Counted from the stretch's first letter, positions 19,364-30,313 are shown. The stretch is 64,000 nucleotides of DNA from Nitrospirota bacterium (GCA_963788195.1 CAWBGA010000001.1:288001-352000), one strand, 5' to 3'. The notes: a model not told the origin generated them from the letters alone. Numbers and translations: made by a program.

Positions 19364-21193
19364 ATGTGCGGTATCGTCGGATATATCGGCAGCCAAAATG
19401 CAGTGCCGCTGCTGATCGACGGCCTCAAGCGGCTGGAATACCGCGGCTACGACTCGGCGGGGGTCGCGGTGCTGGCGAATGGGAAAATAGGCATCCGGCG
19501 CAGTGTCGGCAAGCTTGTAAATCTCGAGAAAGTCTTAGCACGCGACGCGTTAAGCGGAACGGTCGGCATCGGCCACACTCGCTGGGCCACCCACGGGAAG
19601 CCGTCGGAGCAGAACGCTCACCCGCATCGGTCCGGGCCATTGGCGCTTGTCCATAACGGCATTATTGAAAACTACCTGGCCGTAAAGGCGATGCTGCTCA
19701 GCGACGGATTCCGCTTTGTATCCGAGACCGATACCGAGGTCGTGACCCATCTCATTGCGCGCTCCTTGAAAGCTGGCCTGGGGCTTGAAGCCGCCGTGCG
19801 CGCGGCCCTGCTTGACATACAGGGCAGCTATGCGATTGCGGTCATTTGCGAAGATGATCCCACCACCCTGGTCGCAGCCCGCTCTGGATGTCCTCTGGTG
19901 ATCGGCATGTGCGACGATGGTGCCTTCATAGCCTCCGACGTGACGGCCCTGCTCAGGCATATGCGTGACGTGATCTTTCTAGACGATGGCGAGTTGGCCG
20001 TGTTGAGCGCAACCGCATTAGTGGTCAAGGATGCGAACGGGAAGGATCTCAATCGTAAACCGACACGCATCACCTGGGATGCCACGGCAGCGGAAAAGGC
20101 CGGCTATCCCCATTACATGCTCAAGGAGATCCACGAACAGCCACAGACAATTCTGGACACCATGCGGGGCCGCTATAGCTACGATCAGGGCGAAGCCGAT
20201 CTGCCCGACATCGGAGTCACTCCCGCCCAACTCGCAGAAACCGGGCGGATCTGGATCGTGGCGTGCGGCACGTCGTGGCATGCCGGTTTGGTCGGCAAGT
20301 ATCTCATCGAGGAAATGGTCGGGGCACCGGTGTTTGTCGATATCGGATCGGAATTCCGGTATCGCAACCCGCTGATTCAAAAAAACGACCTTTTCGTCGC
20401 CATTTCCCAGTCCGGAGAGACGGCCGATACCCTGGCTGCCGCCCGGGAGGCGAGACGCCAGGGAGCCCGGGTCCTATCGATTTGCAACGTAGTTGGAGGC
20501 ACCCTCGCCAGAGAATCAGATGGCGTGCTGTATACCCGCGCCGGCCCTGAAATCGGTGTAGCGTCGACAAAGGCCTTCACTGCCCAGCTCACCGCGCTAT
20601 ACCTGCTCTCGTTACACTTGGCCCGGGTACGGGGCGCAATGTCTGTCGAAGACGGAAAGGTGTGGCTGGAGCGCTTTGTGACCTTGCCGACGCACGTCAA
20701 AAATCTCCTCGGGCGCGAAGCTGAGTTGGTCTCAATCGCTAAACGCTATTACACCAAGCGCAATTTCTTGTACCTCGGCCGAGGCATTAATTACCCGATC
20801 GCGCTCGAAGGGGCGCTCAAGCTCAAGGAGATTTCCTACATCCATGCCGAAGGTTATCCGGCCGGCGAGATGAAGCACGGCCCGATCGCCCTCATCGATA
20901 AAGACATGCCCGTCGTGGTTCTCGCGCCGAAGGATCGGCTCTACGACAAAACCGTCAGCAATCTGATGGAAGTCAAAGCCCGTGGGGCGCCGGTGATCGC
21001 CTTGGTTACGGAAGGCGAGCGGGAACTAGGAAGAACGGCCGATGCAATTTTTTCAATACCCAATGTCCACCCGCTGCTGTCTCCGATTCTCTTCACGGTG
21101 CCGTTACAGATCCTGGCATATCATATGGCCGTGCTGCGTGGTACTGATGTCGATCAGCCCCGCAATCTGGCGAAAAGTGTGACGGTTGAGTAG
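19364..21193 (+). CDS. glmS: Glutamine--fructose-6-phosphate aminotransferase
   Basis: MCGIVG, LEYRGYDSAG, GHTRWATHG, SQSGETADT and PRNLAKSVTVE. Confidence 0.98.
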   Translation: MCGIVGYIGSQNAVPLLIDGLKRLEYRGYDSAGVAVLANGKIGIRRSVGKLVNLEKVLARDALSGTVGIGHTRWATHGKPSEQNAHPHRSGPLALVHNGIIENYLAVKAMLLSDGFRFVSETDTEVVTHLIARSLKAGLGLEAAVRAALLDIQGSYAIAVICEDDPTTLVAARSGCPLVIGMCDDGAFIASDVTALLRHMRDVIFLDDGELAVLSATALVVKDANGKDLNRKPTRITWDATAAEKAGYPHYMLKEIHEQPQTILDTMRGRYSYDQGEADLPDIGVTPAQLAETGRIWIVACGTSWHAGLVGKYLIEEMVGAPVFVDIGSEFRYRNPLIQKNDLFVAISQSGETADTLAAAREARRQGARVLSICNVVGGTLARESDGVLYTRAGPEIGVASTKAFTAQLTALYLLSLHLARVRGAMSVEDGKVWLERFVTLPTHVKNLLGREAELVSIAKRYYTKRNFLYLGRGINYPIALEGALKLKEISYIHAEGYPAGEMKHGPIALIDKDMPVVVLAPKDRLYDKTVSNLMEVKARGAPVIALVTEGERELGRTADAIFSIPNVHPLLSPILFTVPLQILAYHMAVLRGTDVDQPRNLAKSVTVE

Positions 21194-21233
21194 GAACTGT
21201 CCCGGCGCGTCCACGGATCGGATAGAATAAAGC

Positions 21234-21527
21234 ATGGAGATTACCCAACAGGAAGTCGAGCATATCGCCAAGCTCGCGCGATTGGAGCTTGGCGAGGATG
21301 AAAAGGGGATGTTCGCCCGGCAACTCAGTGCCATCCTGACGTACATGGACGAGCTCAAGACTCTGGACACCAGCGGGGTAGAGCCAACCGCCACAGGGCC
21401 TCTAAAGGATAATGTTTTTCGCGACGATGAAGTTCGACCGTCGCTGTCTCAGGAAAAGGCTTTGATGAACGCCCCTGACCAGGCGGACGGCTTCTTTCGA
21501 GTACCGAGAATCCTCGGAGATCGTTGA
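21234..21527 (+). CDS. gatC: Asp/Glu-tRNA amidotransferase subunit C
   Basis: VEHIAKLARL, DTSGVEPT, FRDD, NAP and FFRVPRI. Confidence 0.95.
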   Translation: MEITQQEVEHIAKLARLELGEDEKGMFARQLSAILTYMDELKTLDTSGVEPTATGPLKDNVFRDDEVRPSLSQEKALMNAPDQADGFFRVPRILGDR

Positions 21528-21533
21528 CTCGAG

Positions 21534-21851
21534 AAGGGGTAAAGGAGTTTGTCTTGGCAAACTCCAGGGCTGGGCGGGTGTAAAAGGGGCAAAGAAGTCT
21601 GTCCCACGGGACGAAAGCCTGTCGGGGTACCCATTGCTCCTGAAATGCAATGGGTCAAATGGCTTGGGGTGGGAGGGTGATATGAGATTTCGTGGCGTGG
21701 AAAGCTGAGATGAAGGTCAAGAACAGAGAACTACCCCGGCGGCCTTAAACAATCATCAGGCCTTCGGGTCGAGCAAGCTCGGCTTGCTGGGCGGGTGTAC
21801 TAGGGGAAAAGGAAGCTGTCTTGGCAGCTTCCGGGGCTGGGCGGGTGTAAA
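21534..21851 (+). repeat. Cluster of G-rich hairpin elements (tandem and nested copies)
   Basis: Copies at 21534-21584 (GGAGTTTGT-CTTG-GCAAACTCC), 21585-~21711 (outer copy, containing a copy at 21606-21683), ~21765-21800 (truncated) and 21801-21851 (GGAAGCTGT-CTTG-GCAGCTTCC). Most end in a GGG-N-GGGTG tail. Confidence 0.85.
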
Positions 21852-21886
21852 GGGCATTTTTCAGTGTGCATCCAACGGAGTCACGC

Positions 21887-22237
21887 ATGTTTCGACAAAT
21901 GCTGCGGTCCAAAATTCATCGGGTGAAGGTGACGGATTCCTGCCTGGAATATGAGGGCAGCTTGACCGTCGATGAGACATTGCTGGAGGCGGCAGGGATC
22001 TTGCCCTATGAGGCGGTGGTCATCTCTAATCTCAACAACGGCGAGCGATTTACGACCTATGCGATTCCTGGCCTGCGGGACTCGGGCGTGGTCTCGCTGA
22101 ATGGGCCGACCGCCAGGAAGGGCGCGATCGGCGATCAGATCATCATCTTTTGCTATGAGTACTACAATGAGGATGAGATCAAGAGGCACGAGCCGCGTAT
22201 CATTCGGGTCGACAACCACAATAAGATGATCACCTAA
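21887..22237 (+). CDS. panD: Aspartate 1-decarboxylase
   Basis: MLRSKIHR, YEGS self-cleavage site, NGERFTTYAI and LNGPTAR. Confidence 0.95.
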   Translation: MFRQMLRSKIHRVKVTDSCLEYEGSLTVDETLLEAAGILPYEAVVISNLNNGERFTTYAIPGLRDSGVVSLNGPTARKGAIGDQIIIFCYEYYNEDEIKRHEPRIIRVDNHNKMIT

Positions 22238-23701
22238 ATGTCGCTGCATCGACTCGGGCTCTTCGACATGCAGAGCGAATTCACCCAGGGCAAAATCTCT
22301 GCTACTGAGATTGCCAAGGCATTCCAGAAGCGTCTCACCCTCGTCGAGCCGAAGGTAAAGGCGTATATCACGCTGGCTGACAGGGACAGCCTCCTCGCTG
22401 AAGCTGAGTCGGTCGACCGCCAGATGCGGGGTTGGCGTAAGACTACACCGCTCATGGCGATGCCGATCGCGATCAAGGACAACATCTGCACGGAGGGTGT
22501 TAAGACGACGTGCGGGTCGCGGGTTCTTGAGAACTTCGTGCCGCCCTACGACGCTACCGTGATCGGCCGGCTGCGCGATCAGCACTACTGTCTGATCGGC
22601 AAGACGAACCTGGATGAATTTGCCATGGGCTCATCGACGGAGAACTCAGCTTTCGGGCCGACGCGCAATCCCTGGAATCCCGCATACATCCCGGGGGGCT
22701 CCTCCGGAGGATCGGCTGCAGCCGTCGCAGCGGATCTGTGCGTTGCGGCGTTAGGGTCCGATACGGGAGGGTCAATCCGGCAGCCGGCCTCCTGCTGCGG
22801 AGTCGTGGGACTCAAACCCACCTACGGGCGAGTGTCGCGCTACGGTCTAGTCGCGTTTGCATCGTCCTTGGATCAGATCGGCACAATCACCAAGGATGTG
22901 CGTGATGCGGCGATTTTGCTCAAGGTAATTGCCGGGCATGACCCGTTGGATTCGACCTCGGCTGATCTGCCGGTGCCGGAATACACGAAATCTCTCAAAG
23001 AAAATCTGCGAGGCATGAAGGTCGGAGTGCCGAAGGAGTTTTTCACGGAGGGGATGGAACCGGACGTCGAGCAGGCGGTCCGAGCGGCGATCGACCAGAT
23101 GAAGGATCTCAAGGCGGAGATCAAAGAAATCTCGCTGCCGATGACGCCACATGCTGTCGCCGCATATTATCTGATCGCGCCGGCGGAAGCTTCATCCAAT
23201 CTGGCCCGATATGACGGTGTAAAGTACGGCTTCCGCACGACCAAGGAAAAGGGCCTTCTTGAGATGTACATGAAGACTCGGCAGGAAGGCTTTGGGCCTG
23301 AGGTGAAGCGCCGGATCATGCTCGGCACCTATGCGCTCTCAGCCGGGTACTACGACGCCTATTATGGAAAGGCCCAAGCCGTTCGGACGCTGATCAAGCA
23401 GGATTTCGAGGAAGCGTTCAAGGAAGTGGACGTCATCGTCACGCCGACGATGCCCACAGCGGCCTTTAAGCTTGGCGAGAAAAGCCGTGATCCCTTGCAA
23501 ATGTATCTTTCAGATATCTTCACCATTTCCGTGAATCTGGCCGGCCTCCCCGCGATCGTCGTGCCTTGCGGCATCACGAGCGGCAAGCTGCCGGTCGGCC
23601 TGCAGATTATCGGACGCACCTTCGAGGAAGAGAAGATTCTGAGAGCGGGCTATGCATACGAGCAGTCCACGAATTGGCATACAAAGAGGCCTGTGTTATA
23701 G
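22238..23701 (+). CDS. gatA: Asp/Glu-tRNA amidotransferase subunit A
   Basis: IKDNI, GKTNLDEFAMGSSTE, GGSSGGSAAAV, GSDTGGSIRQPA and SNLARYDG. Confidence 0.97.
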   Translation: MSLHRLGLFDMQSEFTQGKISATEIAKAFQKRLTLVEPKVKAYITLADRDSLLAEAESVDRQMRGWRKTTPLMAMPIAIKDNICTEGVKTTCGSRVLENFVPPYDATVIGRLRDQHYCLIGKTNLDEFAMGSSTENSAFGPTRNPWNPAYIPGGSSGGSAAAVAADLCVAALGSDTGGSIRQPASCCGVVGLKPTYGRVSRYGLVAFASSLDQIGTITKDVRDAAILLKVIAGHDPLDSTSADLPVPEYTKSLKENLRGMKVGVPKEFFTEGMEPDVEQAVRAAIDQMKDLKAEIKEISLPMTPHAVAAYYLIAPAEASSNLARYDGVKYGFRTTKEKGLLEMYMKTRQEGFGPEVKRRIMLGTYALSAGYYDAYYGKAQAVRTLIKQDFEEAFKEVDVIVTPTMPTAAFKLGEKSRDPLQMYLSDIFTISVNLAGLPAIVVPCGITSGKLPVGLQIIGRTFEEEKILRAGYAYEQSTNWHTKRPVL

Positions 23702-23750
23702 CAGCGTGAAAATAGGAATGTGAAACGGCCTCCCTTCAAGGCGCCGCGAA

Positions 23751-23801
23751 CAGGGGGAAAGGGATCTGTCCCGGCAGATTCCAGGGCTGGGCGGGTGCAA
23801 T
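23751..23801 (+). repeat. Single G-rich hairpin element
   Basis: CAGGGGGAAA GGGATCTGT-CCCG-GCAGATTCC AGGGCTGGGCGGGTGCAAT. Confidence 0.85.
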
Positions 23802-23820
23802 GGCTTATGGGAGAACACAG

Positions 23821-24216
23821 ATGATCATCGAGATTGAAGTCGGTCTCATCGCGGTGGCTGCCGTCGTGCTGGTCGGTTTTTTAGTGCCCTTGCTCATTCA
23901 GCTTCGTAAAACGGTCGAAGAGTCGGAACGGCTGATCCGAAAGCTCAATTACGACTTGCCGCTTCTGATTACGGAAGCGACAGGGGCCGCACAGGTGGTA
24001 AACCGGGCTGCAAGCGCTGTGCGCGAAGGTACTGAGAGGGCGAAGGTTCTCGGCCAGGCGATGGGGGCGATCGGCGACACCGTGAACCACCTTCATGCTG
24101 CCGTTCGAAGCGGCACTGCTTCTGCTTGGAGCACTGCGAATGGGCTGGTGGCGGGAATCCGCGCGGGAGTTCAAGTCCTGTCAAAGGGACGTCCCCGCGG
24201 GGAGCCACTGGAGTGA
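23821..24216 (+). CDS. DUF948 (YoxC-like) membrane-anchored protein; alternative start at 23800
   Basis: N-terminal TM ([18 protein letters not shown]) followed by an amphipathic helical region. Confidence 0.7.
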   Translation: MIIEIEVGLIAVAAVVLVGFLVPLLIQLRKTVEESERLIRKLNYDLPLLITEATGAAQVVNRAASAVREGTERAKVLGQAMGAIGDTVNHLHAAVRSGTASAWSTANGLVAGIRAGVQVLSKGRPRGEPLE

Positions 24217-24250
24217 CGGGTCTGCGGTACCGCACCCTATGACATTATCC

Positions 24251-25739
24251 ATGGCCTCCGAAGTTGTCATCGGTTTGGAGGTACACGCCCAGCTTCTGAC
24301 GCGGTCAAAGATGTTCTGTGGTTGCACCACGGCCTTTGGTGCGGCCCCGAACACCCAAACCTGCCCGGTGTGTCTCGGGATGCCCGGTGTCCTACCGGTC
24401 ATAAATCGAAAAGCCGTGGAGTTTGCAATCCGAACGGGGCTTGCGCTGCATTGTAGCATTGCGTCCCAGAACCGGTTCGCGCGCAAACATTACTTTTATC
24501 CTGACCTGCCGAAAGACTATCAGATCTCGCAATACGAGCTTCCGATTTGCGAACACGGCTGGTTGGAGATCGGGTGCAATGGCGAATCAAAACGCGTGCG
24601 GATCCGTCGCGCCCACCTGGAGGAAGATGCGGGTAAAAACCTTCATGAGGGGATCGCCGGCGCCTCCCATGTCGATCTGAATCGCGCTGGGACGCCGCTC
24701 CTTGAAATTGTGACTGAGCCGGACCTGCGCTCCCCGGAGGAGGCCATTAGCTACCTCAAGTCGCTGCGGGACATCCTGGTCTATCTGGAGGTGTGCGACG
24801 GCAATATGGAAGAAGGAAGCTTGCGGTGCGAGCCGAATCTCTCGCTGAGAGCGCCTGGCGCAAAAGAACTGGGGACGAAGGTGGAGTTGAAGAACATCAA
24901 TTCGTTCCGCTTTGCGAAAGCCGCGATGGAGTATGAGATCCATCGTCAGGAGAAGCTCCTCAGCGAAGGCGGCACGATCCTTCAAGAAACTCGCCTTTGG
25001 AATCCGGATAAGGGGGAAACCGCGCCGATGCGCAGTAAGGAAGAGGCGCATGACTATCGCTATTTCCCTGATCCCGGATCTGGTCCCGCTGCGGATCACG
25101 GCTGACATGGTCGAGGATGTGAGAAAATCACTGCCGGAACTGCCCGCGGCAAGGCAGAAACGTTTTGTCGAGGCGTACGGCCTCACGGAGTACGACGCGC
25201 ACGTTTTGACTTCCGAAAAGTCGCTGGCAGAGTTCTTCGAAGAGACTCTAAGGGCCGTGATCGAAGTGGCGGGGGTGCCAGGTAAAGATCTTGCCAAGGA
25301 CACGACGAACTGGATCATGGTCGAACTCAGAGGCCTTCTAAACAGGGGCAAGGCGGAATCCCGGGAGGAGGGAGTGCAGGAAATTCCGATTGCCAACAGC
25401 CCGGTGTCCCCGAAGGCTCTCGCGGCGTTGCTGTCCTTAAAGCGCAAGGGCGAGATCAGCGGGCCGACAGCGAAGGCTATCTTGGAGGAGATGTTTAATA
25501 CGGGAAAGAGTGCGGAAGAGATCGTGCAAGCGAAGGGCCTCACCCAAGTGTCTGACGAAGCTGTTTTGGAGGGATTCATCGACGAGGTGATGGCGAGGAA
25601 CCCCGCGCAGCTGGCGCAATATCGAAGCGGCAAGGACGCAGTCTTTGGTTTTTTTGTAGGGCAGGTGATGAAGGCGTCGGGCGGCAAGGCCAACCCGGCC
25701 AAAGTAAATGACTTGCTAAAGCGGAAACTAACGCCATGA
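24251..25739 (+). CDS. gatB: Asp/Glu-tRNA amidotransferase subunit B (apparent frameshift near 25075)
   Basis: [26 protein letters not shown] and YRYFPDP; continues as DLVPL...[16 protein letters not shown] in ORF 24912..25739. Confidence 0.96.
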
Positions 25740-25819
25740 TGACGCGGGTCCTGTCTCGAGCACCCGACCTCCATCGGCTTCACGCAAGCGCTCGCAAGCG
25801 CGCTATGCGACGGGCCTCC

Positions 25820-26072
25820 GGTCGGCAGCCACCCGCACTCTCATGCGTCAACGCGGGATAGTTTCCGCTTGAGCTGCGCTGGGTATGTGGAGGCCCACGG
25901 GTCGGCATGGCGGCATCCGCTCGGCGCCACCCGCGCTTCAGGACGGGGAGTTTCTTCTTGAGCTGCGGGGGAGGTGTGGAGGCCCATGGTCCATGGCAGA
26001 CATCTGCTCGGCGCCACCCGCCTTCCCGACAGGTAATTTCCGCTTGATCTGCGAAGGATGTGTGAGGGCGAG
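25820..26072 (+). repeat. Three degenerate tandem ~90-bp structured repeats upstream of eno
   Basis: TCGGC(A)GCCACCCGC at 25822, 25921 and 26008; TTTC(CG/TT)CTTGA(G/T)CTGCG at ~25862, ~25951 and ~26037; TGTGGAGGCCCA twice plus a degenerate third copy. Confidence 0.8.
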
Positions 26073-26076
26073 ATGA

Positions 26077-27405
<1,329 letters not shown>

Positions 27406-27744
27406 ATGAAACGATCCAATCAGAGACTTGAAATAGTGACGGCACAGCAGAATCGTCGGTGGAGGATCTACCTGGTTGGCGCGGCAGTATTGATGAGTTA
27501 CTTTACCTACTCATTCCTCTTTGACTCCATGGGATTTATGAAGTATCTGAGCATGAAGCGTACACAAGCCCAGATTGCAGACGACATCAAGGCCCTCCAG
27601 GAGAAAAATGTCCGCCTGAGAAACGATATCGAAGCGGTAAAGAACGATCCGGTTACCGTCGAAAGATTAGCCCGCGAGCGCCTGGGCATGGTCCGAAAGG
27701 ATGAAACAGTTTTTCTCATCGTGCCGGAGGTGAACCGACCATGA
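27406..27744 (+). CDS. ftsB: Septum formation initiator (FtsB/DivIC)
   Basis: TM helix, coiled coil and VERLARERLGMVRKDE; directly follows eno. Confidence 0.85.
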   Translation: MKRSNQRLEIVTAQQNRRWRIYLVGAAVLMSYFTYSFLFDSMGFMKYLSMKRTQAQIADDIKALQEKNVRLRNDIEAVKNDPVTVERLARERLGMVRKDETVFLIVPEVNRP

Positions 27745-27816
27745 GCGAAGCGGGTGCCTGCTCCAATTCATTCCTGAAATATGCGCGGCACGAGCTGTGG
27801 GAAACCTTGGCTCTTC

Positions 27817-28881
27817 ATGGATGATTCGGGATATCGCTCGGGATTCATTGCCCTTGTCGGCCGGACGAATGTTGGCAAATCTACACTGCTGAATCAGATC
27901 CTAGGCGAAAAAATCGCCATTATCTCGGATAAACCGCAAACCACCAGAACTCGAATCCTCGGTGTCCGGCATCTTCCCGCCGCGCAGTTAATTTTTCTGG
28001 ATACCCCCGGTATTCACAAACCCCAGTATCGGCTGAACCAGAGAATGGTCAGGGTGGCCCTCGAAGTCCTGGATGAGGTGGACCTGATATTTTTTATGGT
28101 CGATGCAACGGGACGCCTAGGAGCGGGCGACCAGTATGTCCTCGAGCGTCTCAAGGAGCGTGATGTGCCCGTCGTTCTCGTGATCAATAAGATCGATCTG
28201 GTGCAGAAACGAAGGCTCTTGCCGCTGATTGACGCAGCAAGACAACTGCACGAATTCGCCGAAATTGTACCGGTGTCGGCTTTGACAGGAGACGGCGTGG
28301 AGCAGCTTGTGGATCTTGGCCTTCGCTTCATGCCTCCGGGGCCGATGTATTTCAAAGAGGATATGGTGACTGATCAGCCGATGCAGGTACTGGCGGCGGA
28401 GCTCATTCGGGAGAAGATCCTTCAAAAGACGCGTGACGAGCTGCCATTCTCTGTGGCGGTTCAGATCGAATCTTTCATTGAGGAAGAGGCGCGTCCATCT
28501 AAACGCCGGTCACCTCCCCAAGGGCGTCCCGGCGGGTGCACCGGGAAAAGAGGCTGTCCCTAGGGAAAAAGAGCCTGTCTCGGCAGGCTCAGGGGGGGCG
28601 GGTGAAATGGCAGCCTCGGGGCGGGAGGGTGCAATGGAAGAGCCCCGTCCCGGCTGGTCCCCCGGCAACTTGCCAGAATTTCGGCTATCGTGTATGTCGA
28701 GAAGGAATCGCAAAAAGCGATCGTCATCGGCAAACGCGGCGAGCTGCTGAAGGCAGTCGGCACCGAAGCCCGCATCGATATGGAGCATCTCTTCGGGATG
28801 AAGGTCTTTCTGCAGCTGTGGGTCAAGGTCAAGGAAGGCTGGCGTCAGGACGAGCAGATGCTGACGGCGCTGGGATATTAG
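27817..28881 (+). CDS. era: GTPase Era, interrupted by a ~174-nt repeat-derived insertion in the KH domain
   Basis: [30 protein letters not shown] and ELPFSVAV; after the insertion the same frame resumes with [24 protein letters not shown]...[10 protein letters not shown]. Confidence 0.92.
28541..28635 (+). repeat. Two nested G-rich hairpin elements inside era
   Basis: Outer copy GAGGCTGT-CCC^G-GCAGCCTC with a 48-nt inner copy (28561-28608, GAGCCTGT-CTCG-GCAGGCTC) inserted in its loop. Confidence 0.88.
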
Positions 28882-28886
28882 CCAGG

Positions 28887-30305
28887 ATGGCAATGGAACG
28901 GCCGGATAAGATCGAAAAGCCGGAGAAGCCGGCGGTGCGAGGCGGAACGGTAAGCCGGTTCGGCATGATCCTGGACTCTGTTCGAAGGCTGCTTCGGCGC
29001 GGGGCGATCACTCATCTTGAACGGATGGTCAATAAAATGCATCCGGCGGACGTCGCGAATGTCCTCCATCACCTGCATACCCCGCAAGAGAAGCGAACGG
29101 TGTTCGAGCTCGTGAAGGTCGAGGGGAATAGGGCTCAGGTTCTGGCCGAGATGGACGAGGGGGACCTTACCGAGATTCTCACAGACGTTCCCGCCGCCGA
29201 GATTGCCGCACTGCTCCGCAATCTGCCGGACGACGATCAGGCCTATGTTTTGACCGCGCTGCCGGAAGAGCGTGCCCAGGAAGTGCTACGGCTGATGAAG
29301 CCCGAGGAATCCGCCGAGGTCCAAGATCTCTTGAAGTACGAGCCGCAGACCGCCGGGGCGATCATGACCGGCGAGTATTTCGCGCTCCCGGAGAATACCA
29401 CCGTTCAGGAAGCGATCCGGAAACTTCAATCGACGGATATCGGCAATGTATTTTACGTCTACGTCACCGACAGAGACGAACGGCTGATCGGTGTCCTCTC
29501 CCTGCGTCAGCTCTTGGGCTCCCCGGATCGGACGCTCGGCAGCATGATTACCAAAGAGATCATTAGTGTTTCACCGGACACAGACCAGGAAGAGGTGGCC
29601 AAGCAGGTCGCCCAATACAACCTGCTCGCGATCCCGGTCGTGGAGAAGGACGGCAAGCTAGTAGGTATTGTGACCGTGGACGATATCGTGGACGTCATAC
29701 GCGAAGAGGCCACCGAGGACATGCTGAAGATGTCCGGCACCAAGATCGAAGAGGAGGACACCTTCATGACCTCTTCGGTGTTGAACGCCGTTCGGATGCG
29801 CGTGCCGTGGCTCTTGACGAACCTCATCGGAAGTATGATTTCAGGGCTGATCCTGTGGACATTCCGCTTCACGATTCAGGAAGTGGTGGCAATAGTGACG
29901 TTTATTCCGGTGATCGCCGCCATGGGGGGAAACGTAGGGTTGCAGTCCTCCACGCTGGTGATCCGTGGTCTCGCCACTGGCCGCATCGAGCTGTCCGACG
30001 TCCGGAAGATCTTTTTTCGGGAGGTGAGCATCGGGTTGATCATCGGCCTACTGTGCGGGGTTGTCACGTTGGTCGTGGCCTCCATCATGCATATCAACTT
30101 GACCTTGGGACTCGTCGTCGGCGTGGCCATGCTGAGTGCTCTCGTTGTTTCGACGTCGATGGCCACGATCATGCCGGTCATTTTGAAACACTATGGCGTG
30201 GACCCGGCGGTCGCGGCCGGGCCGTTTGTCACCACGGCCAATGACATTACCGGTTCCGCGATCTATCTGGGATTGGCCACGGCCTTTCTCGTGTACTTGA
30301 AGTAA
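28887..30305 (+). CDS. mgtE: Magnesium transporter MgtE
   Basis: MHPADVA N-domain, CBS pair (TAGAIMT, YNLLAIPVV, GIVTVDD), MGGNVGLQS and DPAVAAGPFVTTANDI. Confidence 0.95.
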   Translation: MAMERPDKIEKPEKPAVRGGTVSRFGMILDSVRRLLRRGAITHLERMVNKMHPADVANVLHHLHTPQEKRTVFELVKVEGNRAQVLAEMDEGDLTEILTDVPAAEIAALLRNLPDDDQAYVLTALPEERAQEVLRLMKPEESAEVQDLLKYEPQTAGAIMTGEYFALPENTTVQEAIRKLQSTDIGNVFYVYVTDRDERLIGVLSLRQLLGSPDRTLGSMITKEIISVSPDTDQEEVAKQVAQYNLLAIPVVEKDGKLVGIVTVDDIVDVIREEATEDMLKMSGTKIEEEDTFMTSSVLNAVRMRVPWLLTNLIGSMISGLILWTFRFTIQEVVAIVTFIPVIAAMGGNVGLQSSTLVIRGLATGRIELSDVRKIFFREVSIGLIIGLLCGVVTLVVASIMHINLTLGLVVGVAMLSALVVSTSMATIMPVILKHYGVDPAVAAGPFVTTANDITGSAIYLGLATAFLVYLK

Positions 30306-30313
30306 TTCGAGTC

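Noticed and set aside
21534..21851. Repeat clusters (also 12796-13052, 25820-26072) as CRISPR arrays
   Set aside because: The repeats are degenerate, nested or irregularly spaced, lack unique constant-length spacers, and no cas genes are present.
28536..28886. 117-aa N-terminal extension of MgtE in the ORF track
   Set aside because: It overlaps the era 3' half and the repeat insert in another frame; MgtE-like sequence begins at about 28887.
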